In this document: one piece after another, positions 32,660 through 42,045 of the stretch | How positions within the stretch are numbered: position 1 is the stretch's first letter | How the letters are laid out: every line of letters starts with the position of its first letter | Origin: an uncultured Gammaproteobacteria bacterium | GTDB taxonomy: Bacteria; Patescibacteriota; Patescibacteriia; Patescibacteriales; GWC2-42-12 | Direction of reading: 5' to 3' | DNA: 62,590 bases | Assembly (NCBI GenBank): GCA_964537265.1 | Contig: CAZHZE010000004.1 | Span: 1-62,590 of the forward strand | Made by a program: the position numbers and the translations under genes | The notes under the pieces: model-generated | The model's input: only the letters and a program-made list of their open reading frames with translations | Databases searched by the model: none | Told to the model about the DNA's origin: nothing

Positions 32660-33619
32660 ATGAAAACTATAATTTTAGGCAACGAAATTTCCAAGGTAGT
32701 AATTTCATCAATTACGGGGCACTCGGGCGGTGAAATGTTTCCATTAACTTTATTTCCCTCTTACAAAAGATTATTAAGAGTCGTAAAAGAGGCTGGAATT
32801 TACAGTTTAACTAAGTCGTCAACTTATGAAAAAAATATCGGTAATTTTATTTTAGCCAATCCTTGGACTTGGAGCTATATTCAAAGGATAGGAGAAGACG
32901 GCTTGCTTAACGCTTACGGGTTAACTAATTATGGTGTAAGGATAAACTCAGAACATATTGCTTTTGCCTGCAAATCAGGCTTCAAGGTAATACCTAATTT
33001 TTATCCGCAATTTGCCAAAGGCCGTGAACTTGCAGCCAAACAAAAAAAATCACCCGAAGCCGGACTTGAAATTGCAATTCAGGAAACACTTAAAGCAATA
33101 AGAAGATATCAAAGCTTGATGGGTAATTATTTTGAGGCAATAGAATTGAATTATTCTTGCCCCAACACCAAAGAAAAAATTAAGGAAAATGCAAACGATG
33201 CTTTGGCTTGTACTCTTGAAGTAAAACGAGCATTTCCGGAATTAATCAAAATCGCTAAAATCAGTTATGTTCATCCGGTTGAATTAGCGAAAGAGCTAAT
33301 TAAGGTTGGAGCGGATGTAATACATGCAATTAATACAATCCCGTATAATGTGGTTTATCCAAATAGCCCAAAATCACCCTTGGCCCATGTTGGAGGAGGC
33401 GGAGTGTCGGGCGCACCAGTAAGCCGCATGGCATTTAAACATAACTGCATGTTGAGAAAAAAAATTCCCGGCGCTTATATGATTATGGGTTGCGGCATTA
33501 CTTGCCTTGACGACGCTAGAAGATATTTTGAAGAAGCTGGCGCCGACATGATTAGTATCTGCACTCTGGCGCGTCTAAATCCAAAAGAAGCAGAAAAAAT
33601 CATTGAATTTTATAGTTAA
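32660..33619 (+). CDS. divergent class 1 dihydroorotate dehydrogenase-like flavoprotein (SD-led)
   Basis: TKSST, LNAYGLTN, ELNYSCPN, AINTI, GGVSG; start at the ATG after GAAAGGAG. Confidence 0.75.
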   Translation: MKTIILGNEISKVVISSITGHSGGEMFPLTLFPSYKRLLRVVKEAGIYSLTKSSTYEKNIGNFILANPWTWSYIQRIGEDGLLNAYGLTNYGVRINSEHIAFACKSGFKVIPNFYPQFAKGRELAAKQKKSPEAGLEIAIQETLKAIRRYQSLMGNYFEAIELNYSCPNTKEKIKENANDALACTLEVKRAFPELIKIAKISYVHPVELAKELIKVGADVIHAINTIPYNVVYPNSPKSPLAHVGGGGVSGAPVSRMAFKHNCMLRKKIPGAYMIMGCGITCLDDARRYFEEAGADMISICTLARLNPKEAEKIIEFYS

Positions 33620-33677
33620 AATTAAGGTATTATAAAAACCCGAGAAGTAAATCTCGGGTTCTTTTTTAAAAAAATAT

Positions 33678-34511
33678 TTATTTTTTGTAAGCCTGAAGCG
33701 TATTTTTAAAAGCCATAGCAATCGTCATTGGCCCAACGCCGCCAGGTACCGGCGTAATATAACCGACTTTATCTTTAACATCTTCAAAATCAACATCGCC
33801 AACAACTTTACCATTAATATCATTAATGCCAATATCTATAATTACCGCGTCTTGTTTAATCATATCTTTTTTTATAAATTTAGGTTTTCCCACGGCCGTA
33901 ATTAAAATATCGGTTTGATTAGTTTTATCGACTAAATCTTTTTCATCGGCTTTGATCATTTCAGTTTTAGCGCCTCGGCATTTTAAAATATAGGCCAAAC
34001 TTTTTCCAAAAATATCTGAGTTAGAGATAATGCAAACTTGTTTATCTTTTAAATCGCAAGTTATACTTTTTAACATTTCTAAAACCGTAGCAAAAACCGG
34101 CGGCATAAAGCCATCAAATTCGCAGCCGCTTAATAATTTTTTTAAATTATCTGGATGAAAACCGTCGATATCTTTAGCCGGATCAAGCGCCATAATAATC
34201 GTATCAGTATCAATATTTTCCGGCAAAGGCAATTGCACTAAAATTGCGTCAATCGTTTTATCATTATTAAAACATTTTATCATTTCTAAAACTTCTTGCT
34301 CGCTAATATTGCTCGGACATTTATAAAGATGGGTATCAATACCGACTTTTTTTGCTTCTCGTTCTTTTAAATTTACATATAATTTTGAATCAGGTCGTTC
34401 ACCAATTAAAATAATAGCTAAATTAGGGCGCTTGCCTTTTAATTTAAAAATTTGTTTAGCAATATCATCTTTTATTTTTTCAGCTAATTGTTTGCCGTCG
34501 ATAATTTGCAT
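33678..34511 (-). CDS. folD: bifunctional methylenetetrahydrofolate dehydrogenase/cyclohydrolase
   Basis: IIDGK, YVNLK, ILVQLPLP, KDIDGFHP, DILITAVG, TPVPGGVGPMT. Confidence 0.95.
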   Translation of the reverse strand: MQIIDGKQLAEKIKDDIAKQIFKLKGKRPNLAIILIGERPDSKLYVNLKEREAKKVGIDTHLYKCPSNISEQEVLEMIKCFNNDKTIDAILVQLPLPENIDTDTIIMALDPAKDIDGFHPDNLKKLLSGCEFDGFMPPVFATVLEMLKSITCDLKDKQVCIISNSDIFGKSLAYILKCRGAKTEMIKADEKDLVDKTNQTDILITAVGKPKFIKKDMIKQDAVIIDIGINDINGKVVGDVDFEDVKDKVGYITPVPGGVGPMTIAMAFKNTLQAYKK

Positions 34512-34513
34512 AA

Positions 34514-35761
34514 TTAAATGCTGGGTATAGGAAATTCCAAACACATTTGTTTAACTTCTTCTTTTATTTTTTCTAAAAGCTCTATTTCTTCTCTTTGTTC
34601 AATCGCATCATTTATCCATTCTACTATTTTTTTAACTTCCGCTTGCTTCATACCGCGCGTGGTTATGGCCGCCGTTCCGAAACGAACGCCAGACGGATTC
34701 ATCGGCGGATTTGGATCATTCGGAATAGTTGAGCGGGAAACTGAAATGCCGCATCGCTCTAAAATAACTTCAACTTCTTTTCCGGAAAGATCTTTAGCTG
34801 TCATATCAACTACCATTAAATGATTATCGGTGCCATCAGAAATTACTTTATAACCTAATTTCATAAATTCTTCAGCCATGGTTTTAGCGTTAATGATCAC
34901 CTGCTTGGCATATTGTTTAAATTCCGGTTTTAAAGCTTCGCCGAAAGCAACGGCTTTGGCCGCATTTATGTGGTCGTGCGGCCCGCCTTGCATGCCCGGA
35001 AAAACTGCTCGATCGATTTGCTTGGCGAATTGTTCTTTACACATTATCATGGCGCCCCTGGGACCGCGCAAAGTTTTATGGGTCGTAGTCGAAACAACAT
35101 CAAAAATCGGCACTGGATTATTTAATTCACCAGCCGCGATTAACCCGGCCGTATGAGCAATGTCGGCGAAAGTAAAAGCGCCGACTTCATCCGCGATGTC
35201 TTTAAATTTTTGCCATTCAATTTCTCGCGAATAAGCGCTATAACCAGCCACAATCATTTTTGGTTTCTCGCGAAGTGCAATTTCTCTGACTTTATCCATA
35301 TTAATCTTACCGGTAACTGAATCAACTTCATATTGCGTAAAATTATATAGCATGCCGGAAAAATTTACCGGATGGCCGTGTGATAAATGTCCGCCATGAT
35401 CAAGCTTTAATCCTAAAACTTTATCGCCCGGTTTTAAAAACGCCATATACACGGCTGCGTTAGCCGGCGAACCGGACAAAGGCTGAACATTAACATGTTC
35501 GGCGGAAAATAATCTTTTTGCTCTTTCTCTAGCAATATTTTCCACTTCATCAATATACTGATTACCGCCATAATAACGATGGCCGGGCGTGCCTTCAGAA
35601 TATTTATTAGTTAAAACAGTGGCCATAGTTTCTAATACGGCTTTTGACGCATAATTTTCGGAAGCAATTAATTCCATTTCTTCTGTTTGCCTAGTCATTT
35701 CTCTTTTAACCGCGGCCATAACTTCTTTATCTTGTTCATTTAAATTTTTATAGCTTAACAT
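34514..35761 (-). CDS. glyA: serine hydroxymethyltransferase
   Basis: LIASENY, NKYSEG.PG.RYYGG, GGHLSHG, STTTHKTLRGPRG. Confidence 0.97.
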   Translation of the reverse strand: MLSYKNLNEQDKEVMAAVKREMTRQTEEMELIASENYASKAVLETMATVLTNKYSEGTPGHRYYGGNQYIDEVENIARERAKRLFSAEHVNVQPLSGSPANAAVYMAFLKPGDKVLGLKLDHGGHLSHGHPVNFSGMLYNFTQYEVDSVTGKINMDKVREIALREKPKMIVAGYSAYSREIEWQKFKDIADEVGAFTFADIAHTAGLIAAGELNNPVPIFDVVSTTTHKTLRGPRGAMIMCKEQFAKQIDRAVFPGMQGGPHDHINAAKAVAFGEALKPEFKQYAKQVIINAKTMAEEFMKLGYKVISDGTDNHLMVVDMTAKDLSGKEVEVILERCGISVSRSTIPNDPNPPMNPSGVRFGTAAITTRGMKQAEVKKIVEWINDAIEQREEIELLEKIKEEVKQMCLEFPIPSI

Positions 35762-35889
35762 ATTTTTAAAAGTTAAAATTAATTAATGAAATTATTAAAA
35801 TTTGGTTGCTTTTTATAACATGTTTTTTGATTCTTAGTTGATAATTTCGTGCTTTAATCGTAATTTAAATATGGTATTTTGTCAAAAAG

Positions 35890-36184
35890 AAAAAGGCAGG
35901 GTTTTTGGACCCTGCCGTAATTAAAGATTGGTTTTTTTGTTAACGCCTTTGAAGTTTAGTTTAGTTATTTTTCCAACGATTGTTTAGTTAGTTAACGCGT
36001 TTATCTTCCATGGCAATAAATAAAATTTATTTGTTAAATTATTCTCCTTTCGTTTTGGCTGGGGTTGAAAATTATGAGCGAAGATTCAACTCAGCTCCTT
36101 CTTGCTAAAATTTTTCCTCCTTTCCTCTATTAAATATAGAGATTAAGATATTTTAATATTATTATAAAAATTAATCCTAGTCAA
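35890..36184 (-). ncRNA. candidate ORF-less transcript with three SD-like motifs
   Basis: TTGACT-17-TAATAT promoter, AAAGGAGG/GAAGGAG/GAAAGGAG, hairpins, terminator at 35890-35916; only ORFs of 7 codons or fewer. Confidence 0.35.
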
Positions 36185-36198
36185 TAATTTTAATTAGT

Positions 36199-36789
36199 TT
36201 AACTATATAATTTTTTATAAGTCATCTTCTTTAAACCTTTCCACCAATCTGTAAATTCAAGTTTTGTCATCTCTTTAAAAATTAATTTGGCTGATTTTGT
36301 TTCTATGGCTTTACCAAGATTATCAATCCAGCCTTGTGCAGATTTATATCCTAAGTCAACATATTCTTTAGCTTGAAAAGCCTGCTCTAGCCAATCAGCG
36401 TCTTTAGCAATTATGCCTTCCTTAGTATTTCTGTTTTCAAATTCATCAAAATATTTCTTCCATTTTTCTCCAACTTTAGCTAATTTTTCCGCCTGGTCAT
36501 TAAAAGCATGGGATTCCGCTTCTTCGCTATTAAAATATCTAGCTGCAACTTTATGATGATCACCGATTCTAATTTCGCCATTATCATGGACTAAAATCAT
36601 AGCTGCTACTTTTTCCGGATTAGCATCTCCTTCCATCACGGCTAAAATATAACCGATTTGCGCCGCCCGCATTACATGCTCGGCAACACTATCCGGATCT
36701 TTTATGCCGCATAATTTAAAACCATTATGCTTTATACGCTTTAATTGATTTAATTCAAAAATAAAATTTGCCGCATTTTTTGGATTCAT
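36199..36789 (-). CDS. HD-domain phosphohydrolase (YfbR-like)
   Basis: LKRIKH.G, DSVAEH, VHDNGE, DADWLE. Confidence 0.85.
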   Translation of the reverse strand: MNPKNAANFIFELNQLKRIKHNGFKLCGIKDPDSVAEHVMRAAQIGYILAVMEGDANPEKVAAMILVHDNGEIRIGDHHKVAARYFNSEEAESHAFNDQAEKLAKVGEKWKKYFDEFENRNTKEGIIAKDADWLEQAFQAKEYVDLGYKSAQGWIDNLGKAIETKSAKLIFKEMTKLEFTDWWKGLKKMTYKKLYS

Positions 36790-36846
36790 ATATTTTTTAA
36801 TTATCAATTTTTAAAATATTAAAAAAGTTTTCAAAGGCTTTTTTTA

Positions 36847-38439
36847 TTATACCAAACTTTTTACCATGTAACTATTTTCTAATTTATAGCCTAACTTTCT
36901 GTAATAGCCGCGCACACCAACGCCAGCAATAACGGCTATTTTTTTATAGCCAATTTCCTCGGCAATTCTTTCCGCTTCCTGCATTAACATTTTTCCTAAA
37001 CCAGCATGCTGAATTTTTTTATTTTTTCCAACCGGCACTAATTCTCCGTAAACATGCAACTCACGAATCATGGCTGGCTTGCTTTTTTCTCCTAATCTTA
37101 ACCGACAAAACCCATATAAAATTTTCCCATCTTTAGATTCAGCGGAAATAAAATATTCTACACCATCAGAAGCTTTATATTTTATAACTTTCGATTTTGA
37201 ATTTTCAACTTTAATTTTTTTTTCACCTGCTTCGCGGCATCTTATGCAGCGACATTTTACTCCGCGATCTTTCATAACCTGCCGTAAATTAGTTATCATA
37301 TTGCCGGCGATAATTGACTCACCCGGAATGTCGCGGATTAACCTTATAATTCTAACATACGGCGGCACAATTTTTTTGCATCCCACAATTAAATTTTGTA
37401 AGACTTTATCTGAATATGGTTTATACTTTCCGACTCGCCACCATTTATATAATAAACTGCCGCGCGTTACTACGGTTGGATAAAATTTTAGCTGATCTGG
37501 TTGAAAACGCTCATCTGAAAATAATTTTTTAAACATGGCCAAATCTTTTTTTGCTGTAGCTCCAGGGAGGCCTGGCATAATATGGTAAGTTACTTTAAAA
37601 CCATAATTTTTTAGCATTTCGGTTGCTTCAGCAATTTCCTTAACGCCGTGTCCGCGCTTATTTAATTTTAAAATTTTATCATCAATCGCTTGCACGCCAA
37701 GTTCTACACGAGTGCAACCTAATTCGCGCATTTCTAATAATTCTTTATCATTAATATAATCTGGACGAGTTTCTAAAGTTATACCGATAATTTTATATTT
37801 TGCATTTTCATTTTTTTTCTGCTCTTTTAGTAATATTTCTTTTAATTTTTCAATTCTAAAATTAACTTTTAACTTTCGATTCTTAATTTTTAACTTTTTT
37901 TCATACTCATTAGCCGCTTTAAAACATTGTGTTATATACCAAAACTTATAATTTACTGGTAAAACTGACCATGTTCCGCCTATTACAATTAACTCAATTT
38001 TTGTTGGCTCATGGCCATTAGCTTCTAGAGCGCGCAAACGCAATTGCACTTGTTTGTAAGGATCATAATTACAGCGAATAGCGCGCATAACCGCTGGTTC
38101 ATTAGATAAATAACTTTGCGGCACGTCTTTTTCCGTCGGGCAATAAGCACATTTTCCAGGACAAGGATATGGTTTAGTTAAAACCGCTACCGGCGCAATA
38201 CCCGACATAGTGCGCACTGATCTTTTTTTTAAAATTCCTTCCAGTTCTGATCTCTTTTTTATTTTTCCACTCTCTAATCTCTTTCTATATTCTTTTAAAA
38301 TTTCCGAGTGCAATAAAATTGCCGAACCATATTTTTTGGCCAGCTTACGTTGAATTGACATTAAATCGGCGCGCGATTTAATGCTGCTATTTAATAATTC
38401 GCTTATTAATTTTATTTTATTCTGCTTTTGGTTTGACAT
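36847..38439 (-). CDS. elp3: Elp3-type radical SAM/KAT tRNA U34 carboxymethyltransferase
   Basis: RTMSGIAPVAV, CPGKCAYCP, ETRPD, RVELGVQ, HIMPGLPG, CRCIRCRE, RELHVYG, QH.GLG..LM, GVRGYYRKLGY. Confidence 0.93.
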   Translation of the reverse strand: MSNQKQNKIKLISELLNSSIKSRADLMSIQRKLAKKYGSAILLHSEILKEYRKRLESGKIKKRSELEGILKKRSVRTMSGIAPVAVLTKPYPCPGKCAYCPTEKDVPQSYLSNEPAVMRAIRCNYDPYKQVQLRLRALEANGHEPTKIELIVIGGTWSVLPVNYKFWYITQCFKAANEYEKKLKIKNRKLKVNFRIEKLKEILLKEQKKNENAKYKIIGITLETRPDYINDKELLEMRELGCTRVELGVQAIDDKILKLNKRGHGVKEIAEATEMLKNYGFKVTYHIMPGLPGATAKKDLAMFKKLFSDERFQPDQLKFYPTVVTRGSLLYKWWRVGKYKPYSDKVLQNLIVGCKKIVPPYVRIIRLIRDIPGESIIAGNMITNLRQVMKDRGVKCRCIRCREAGEKKIKVENSKSKVIKYKASDGVEYFISAESKDGKILYGFCRLRLGEKSKPAMIRELHVYGELVPVGKNKKIQHAGLGKMLMQEAERIAEEIGYKKIAVIAGVGVRGYYRKLGYKLENSYMVKSLV

Positions 38440-38582
38440 GTTATATTTTATTTGATAGTCTTAAAAAAAGCGGCTAAAAAAATTATCGGCTGCTTGTCAT
38501 AACCGGCAACTTACGCAAGTTGCGGGTTTTTTGTATAAATGAACTTTGAAACAAAAAACATTTAGGGAGAGGAGAGCCTGCC

Positions 38583-38888
38583 ATGAATGACAACTATTAT
38601 AAAGAAAGTGATTTAAAGATAGGTGATATGGTTGTGCCTATCGAAGAAGAATTTCGCGAGACCTTCCAGTTTGGCAACACCGCTAAAAAAATGTTGGGCG
38701 CTATAGGAAATACGGGCTGCAAAATTATTGATGTAAAAAATTACCAATGTGGTTGCCAGAAAAAAAACGGTGATCAACATACTTGCGTGCTTAAAAGTAT
38801 GGGTTCAAACCAAAAAATTTGGCTGCTAATTGACGGACAAAAAACATCTTTCTCGGCAAAATTCTTTCGCTTATTAAACCTTTCCTAA
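38583..38888 (+). CDS. hypothetical protein (SD-led cassette)
   Basis: GGAGAGGAG SD, upstream boxA-like motif, terminator at ~38905-38935. Confidence 0.7.
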   Translation: MNDNYYKESDLKIGDMVVPIEEEFRETFQFGNTAKKMLGAIGNTGCKIIDVKNYQCGCQKKNGDQHTCVLKSMGSNQKIWLLIDGQKTSFSAKFFRLLNLS

Positions 38889-39009
38889 AAAACGCGCTTC
38901 GCGCCAACGGCTTGTTTCATACAAGCCGCTTTTTTTGTTAAATTTTAAATTGCCTACCTTGGTTTTAAATGTTAAAATAAACATAGTTAATTTAACCATA
39001 AACATATTC

Positions 39010-39112
39010 ACCCCGTTAAATATTAATTATGAATTTCATTTGTTAAAATGTCAAACTTCATAATAAATTTATAGGGCTAAAAAAATATGAAAAACATAAA
39101 ATTTAATGGGGT
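39010..39112. repeat. 12-bp inverted repeat pair (MITE-like)
   Basis: accccgttaaat at 39010-39021 and atttaatggggt at 39101-39112 (one mismatch). Confidence 0.4.
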
Positions 39113-40238
39113 AAAAAAAACAATATTAATCGCCTGCTTTGTAATGCTAGTTCCTTTTGCCGCTTCGGCCTATAGCGTTAAAAATGGCGATTCTGTTTAC
39201 ATTTCTAAAGACCAAACTATTGAAGGCAACCTTTACGCTGCTGGTTCAAGCTTAGTTATCGATGGCAAAATCACTGGCGATGTTATCTGCGCTGGACAAT
39301 CTATTAATATAAATGGCGACGTGGCTGGTGATGTAATTTGTGCTGGACAATCTATTAATATAAATGGCAAGATTGGTGGCAATTTACGTATTGCCGGCAA
39401 TACTATCAATTTTAATGGACAAGTAGAACGAAATGGTATTATTATAGGCGCTACGGGCATAACTTCGGCTAGTTCTACTATCGGCTGGGACTTATTAATA
39501 CTCGGCAATATTTTTGAATTAAACGGCAATGTTGGACGCGATTTATATGGCAGCGGCGGAAAAATAAATTTAGCTGGGCAAATTGGTAAAAATGTTAATC
39601 TTGATTTTGGCGTAAGTAATACTAACGATAAACCTTTGACAATAACTAACACGGCGAAAATTAATGGCCAATTAAAATATAAATCAGAAAAAGACGCGGC
39701 AATTGATTCTAACGCAGTTATAACCGGGGAAACAATTCATAATTTACCTGACGTAAAAGATAAAAAATCCAAATTAGAAAATTTGAATTGGTGGTGGGGA
39801 AAATTAATTTCCATTTTTTCCGCTTTAGTTATCGGCTTAGTTTTAATTAGTTTTTGGCGCGAACAAATTATTAGAATTACTGATTTAATGAAAGAAGAAA
39901 TGGGCGCATCGCTAGGTTGGGGAATATTGATATTACTATTAACTCCGATTATAGCTATTATTTTATTAATTACTATTATTGGCATACCATTGTCATTTAT
40001 CTCAATAGCTCTTTGGTTAATTGCAATGTATGTTAGTAAAATTTTAGTTGGCATTTTAATCGGACGCAGCTTCTTAAATAGTTATTGGATTAAACAAAAA
40101 GATTCGTTGATTTTAGCCATGATAGTCGGCATTATAATAACCTATATAATTTTGGCCATACCATTTATCGGCTGGACTTTATCGCTTTTAGCTACGCTTT
40201 GGGGTTTGGGCGGAATTGTATTGGCTTTTAAAAAATAA
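39087..40238 (+). CDS. bactofilin-like beta-helix repeat protein with C-terminal TM domain
   Basis: Signal peptide; repeated GDV.CAGQSININGxVxG rungs; four C-terminal TM helices. Confidence 0.75.
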   Translation: MKNIKFNGVKKTILIACFVMLVPFAASAYSVKNGDSVYISKDQTIEGNLYAAGSSLVIDGKITGDVICAGQSININGDVAGDVICAGQSININGKIGGNLRIAGNTINFNGQVERNGIIIGATGITSASSTIGWDLLILGNIFELNGNVGRDLYGSGGKINLAGQIGKNVNLDFGVSNTNDKPLTITNTAKINGQLKYKSEKDAAIDSNAVITGETIHNLPDVKDKKSKLENLNWWWGKLISIFSALVIGLVLISFWREQIIRITDLMKEEMGASLGWGILILLLTPIIAIILLITIIGIPLSFISIALWLIAMYVSKILVGILIGRSFLNSYWIKQKDSLILAMIVGIIITYIILAIPFIGWTLSLLATLWGLGGIVLAFKK

Positions 40239-40255
40239 AATAATTAAAAAGTTTT

Positions 40256-41677
40256 ATGCAAATGAATCCGCACATGTTCCGCGGCTATGATTTGAGAGGC
40301 ATAGCCGGTAAAGATTTAACTCCGAAAATAGTTGAACACTTAGGCAAGGCTCATGGTACTTATTTAAAACGTAATGGCATTACTAAAGCTTTGGTAAGTC
40401 GTGATTCACGCGCTACTAGTGAAGAATATTCAGCTAGCCTAATTAAAGGTTACAATTGGGCGGGTATAGATACAATTGATATTGGCCTAAATTTGGTCGG
40501 CACTTTTTATTGGGCGCAATATTTTTTAAATATAAAAGGCGGGGCTTTTGTGACTGCCTCCCATAACCCAGCCGAATATAACGGTTTTAAATTTGCCATA
40601 GATTTTTCTGAGACTATGGTTTCTGATGGTATTCAAAAATTACGGGAGATGGTTGAGCAAGAAGATTACGAACCTGGCAAAACGCTAGGCAAAAACGAAG
40701 CTAAAGATATTAGACAAGATTATTTTAACGATATTTTAAAACGCTTGCCACTACAAAAAAAATTTAAAATTGTTATTGACGCTAGTTGCGCTACGGCCGG
40801 AGTAATCGCGCCAGACTTACTTAGGCGGGCCGGTTGCGAAGTTATAGAAACTAACTGTGAGCTTGATTCATCTTTTCCTTTGGGCACGCCTGATCCAACG
40901 GAAAATGCAGTCGCAAAAAGATTAAGCCAAAAAATATTAGAAACTGGGGCCGATTTAGGATTCTCTTATGACGCTGACGGCGACCGCATCGGCATAGCAG
41001 ATAATAAAGGCGGCATAATTTGGAATGATGTTTTAGTTGCGCTTTTTGCGGTTGATGTTTTAAACGATCATCCGGGCGCTAAAATTATGTTTAATACTTT
41101 ATGCTCTAAAGTAGTAGAGGACACAATAAAAAAATATAACGGACAACCTTTTATGTGGCGCACTGGCCATTCATTTTTAAAAAAGAAAAATCAGGAAATC
41201 AAAGCCGCTTTTATAGGTGAATTATCCGGTCATTTCTTTTTCTCAGCTGATTTTTATAACCATGATGACGGTTTATATACTACGATGAGACTACTTTCTT
41301 ATTTATCGCGCACTAATCAAACTTTAGCCCAAGCTGTTTCCGACTTGCCAAAATATATTTCCAGCCCAGAAATAAAAGTTGGTTGCGCTGATGAAATCAA
41401 AGTTAGCTTAACGGAAAAATTTGCAAAAATACTACGCGCTGATTTTGTAAACGCTGAAATTATAGATGATGAGCGCGCTGGCGATGGCGTACGTTTAGAT
41501 TCACCTGAGTCAATGTTGGTTATTCGTTATTCGCAAAATGGTCCGTATTTAACTATAAAATTTGAAGCACAAACCAAAAAAAAATATAATGAATTAAAAA
41601 AATATATTAATAATCTTTTACATAGTTCCGAAGAAGTTGATTGGAGTTATGGAGTTAATGTTGAAAGTTTAAATTGA
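40256..41677 (+). CDS. phosphomannomutase/phosphoglucomutase
   Basis: FRGYDLRG, TASHNP, YDADGDR, GELSGH. Confidence 0.93.
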   Translation: MQMNPHMFRGYDLRGIAGKDLTPKIVEHLGKAHGTYLKRNGITKALVSRDSRATSEEYSASLIKGYNWAGIDTIDIGLNLVGTFYWAQYFLNIKGGAFVTASHNPAEYNGFKFAIDFSETMVSDGIQKLREMVEQEDYEPGKTLGKNEAKDIRQDYFNDILKRLPLQKKFKIVIDASCATAGVIAPDLLRRAGCEVIETNCELDSSFPLGTPDPTENAVAKRLSQKILETGADLGFSYDADGDRIGIADNKGGIIWNDVLVALFAVDVLNDHPGAKIMFNTLCSKVVEDTIKKYNGQPFMWRTGHSFLKKKNQEIKAAFIGELSGHFFFSADFYNHDDGLYTTMRLLSYLSRTNQTLAQAVSDLPKYISSPEIKVGCADEIKVSLTEKFAKILRADFVNAEIIDDERAGDGVRLDSPESMLVIRYSQNGPYLTIKFEAQTKKKYNELKKYINNLLHSSEEVDWSYGVNVESLN

Positions 41678-41739
41678 CAAAAAATAAAATTTATAAAAAC
41701 CACCGATTATAGCCAGTGGTTTTTTTATTTAAATTTTTT

Positions 41740-42036
41740 CTATTTTTTAAACAAATTTAATATCTTTTTAATATCTGCTAAATCTTCTTTAGTTAAATTT
41801 AATTTTACTCTGTCACGATGAAGCCTATATCTTTCATTTTCTATAGTAACAGAAGAAATTCCCATGCCGCGATGAATCTCACCAATATGCTTTTTAATTA
41901 TCTCTAAAATTATTTTTCTATTACCTTCATCTAAATTTCTAAAATTATAATTCTCTCTAACTAAACTATTTAATTTTTGTTCAAACCGATCAAAATCTTG
42001 AGTTTTAGCCGAAGCTAAAAGTTCTTGAATATCCAT
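41740..42036 (-). CDS. hypothetical protein downstream of trpS
   Basis: 98-aa ORF, 9 nt after the trpS stop. Confidence 0.7.
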   Translation of the reverse strand: MDIQELLASAKTQDFDRFEQKLNSLVRENYNFRNLDEGNRKIILEIIKKHIGEIHRGMGISSVTIENERYRLHRDRVKLNLTKEDLADIKKILNLFKK

Positions 42037-42045
42037 ATTATAAAT

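Noticed and set aside
39276-39377. 51-nt tandem duplication in the bactofilin-like gene
   Set aside because: Corresponds to two adjacent beta-helix rungs, which is expected for this fold
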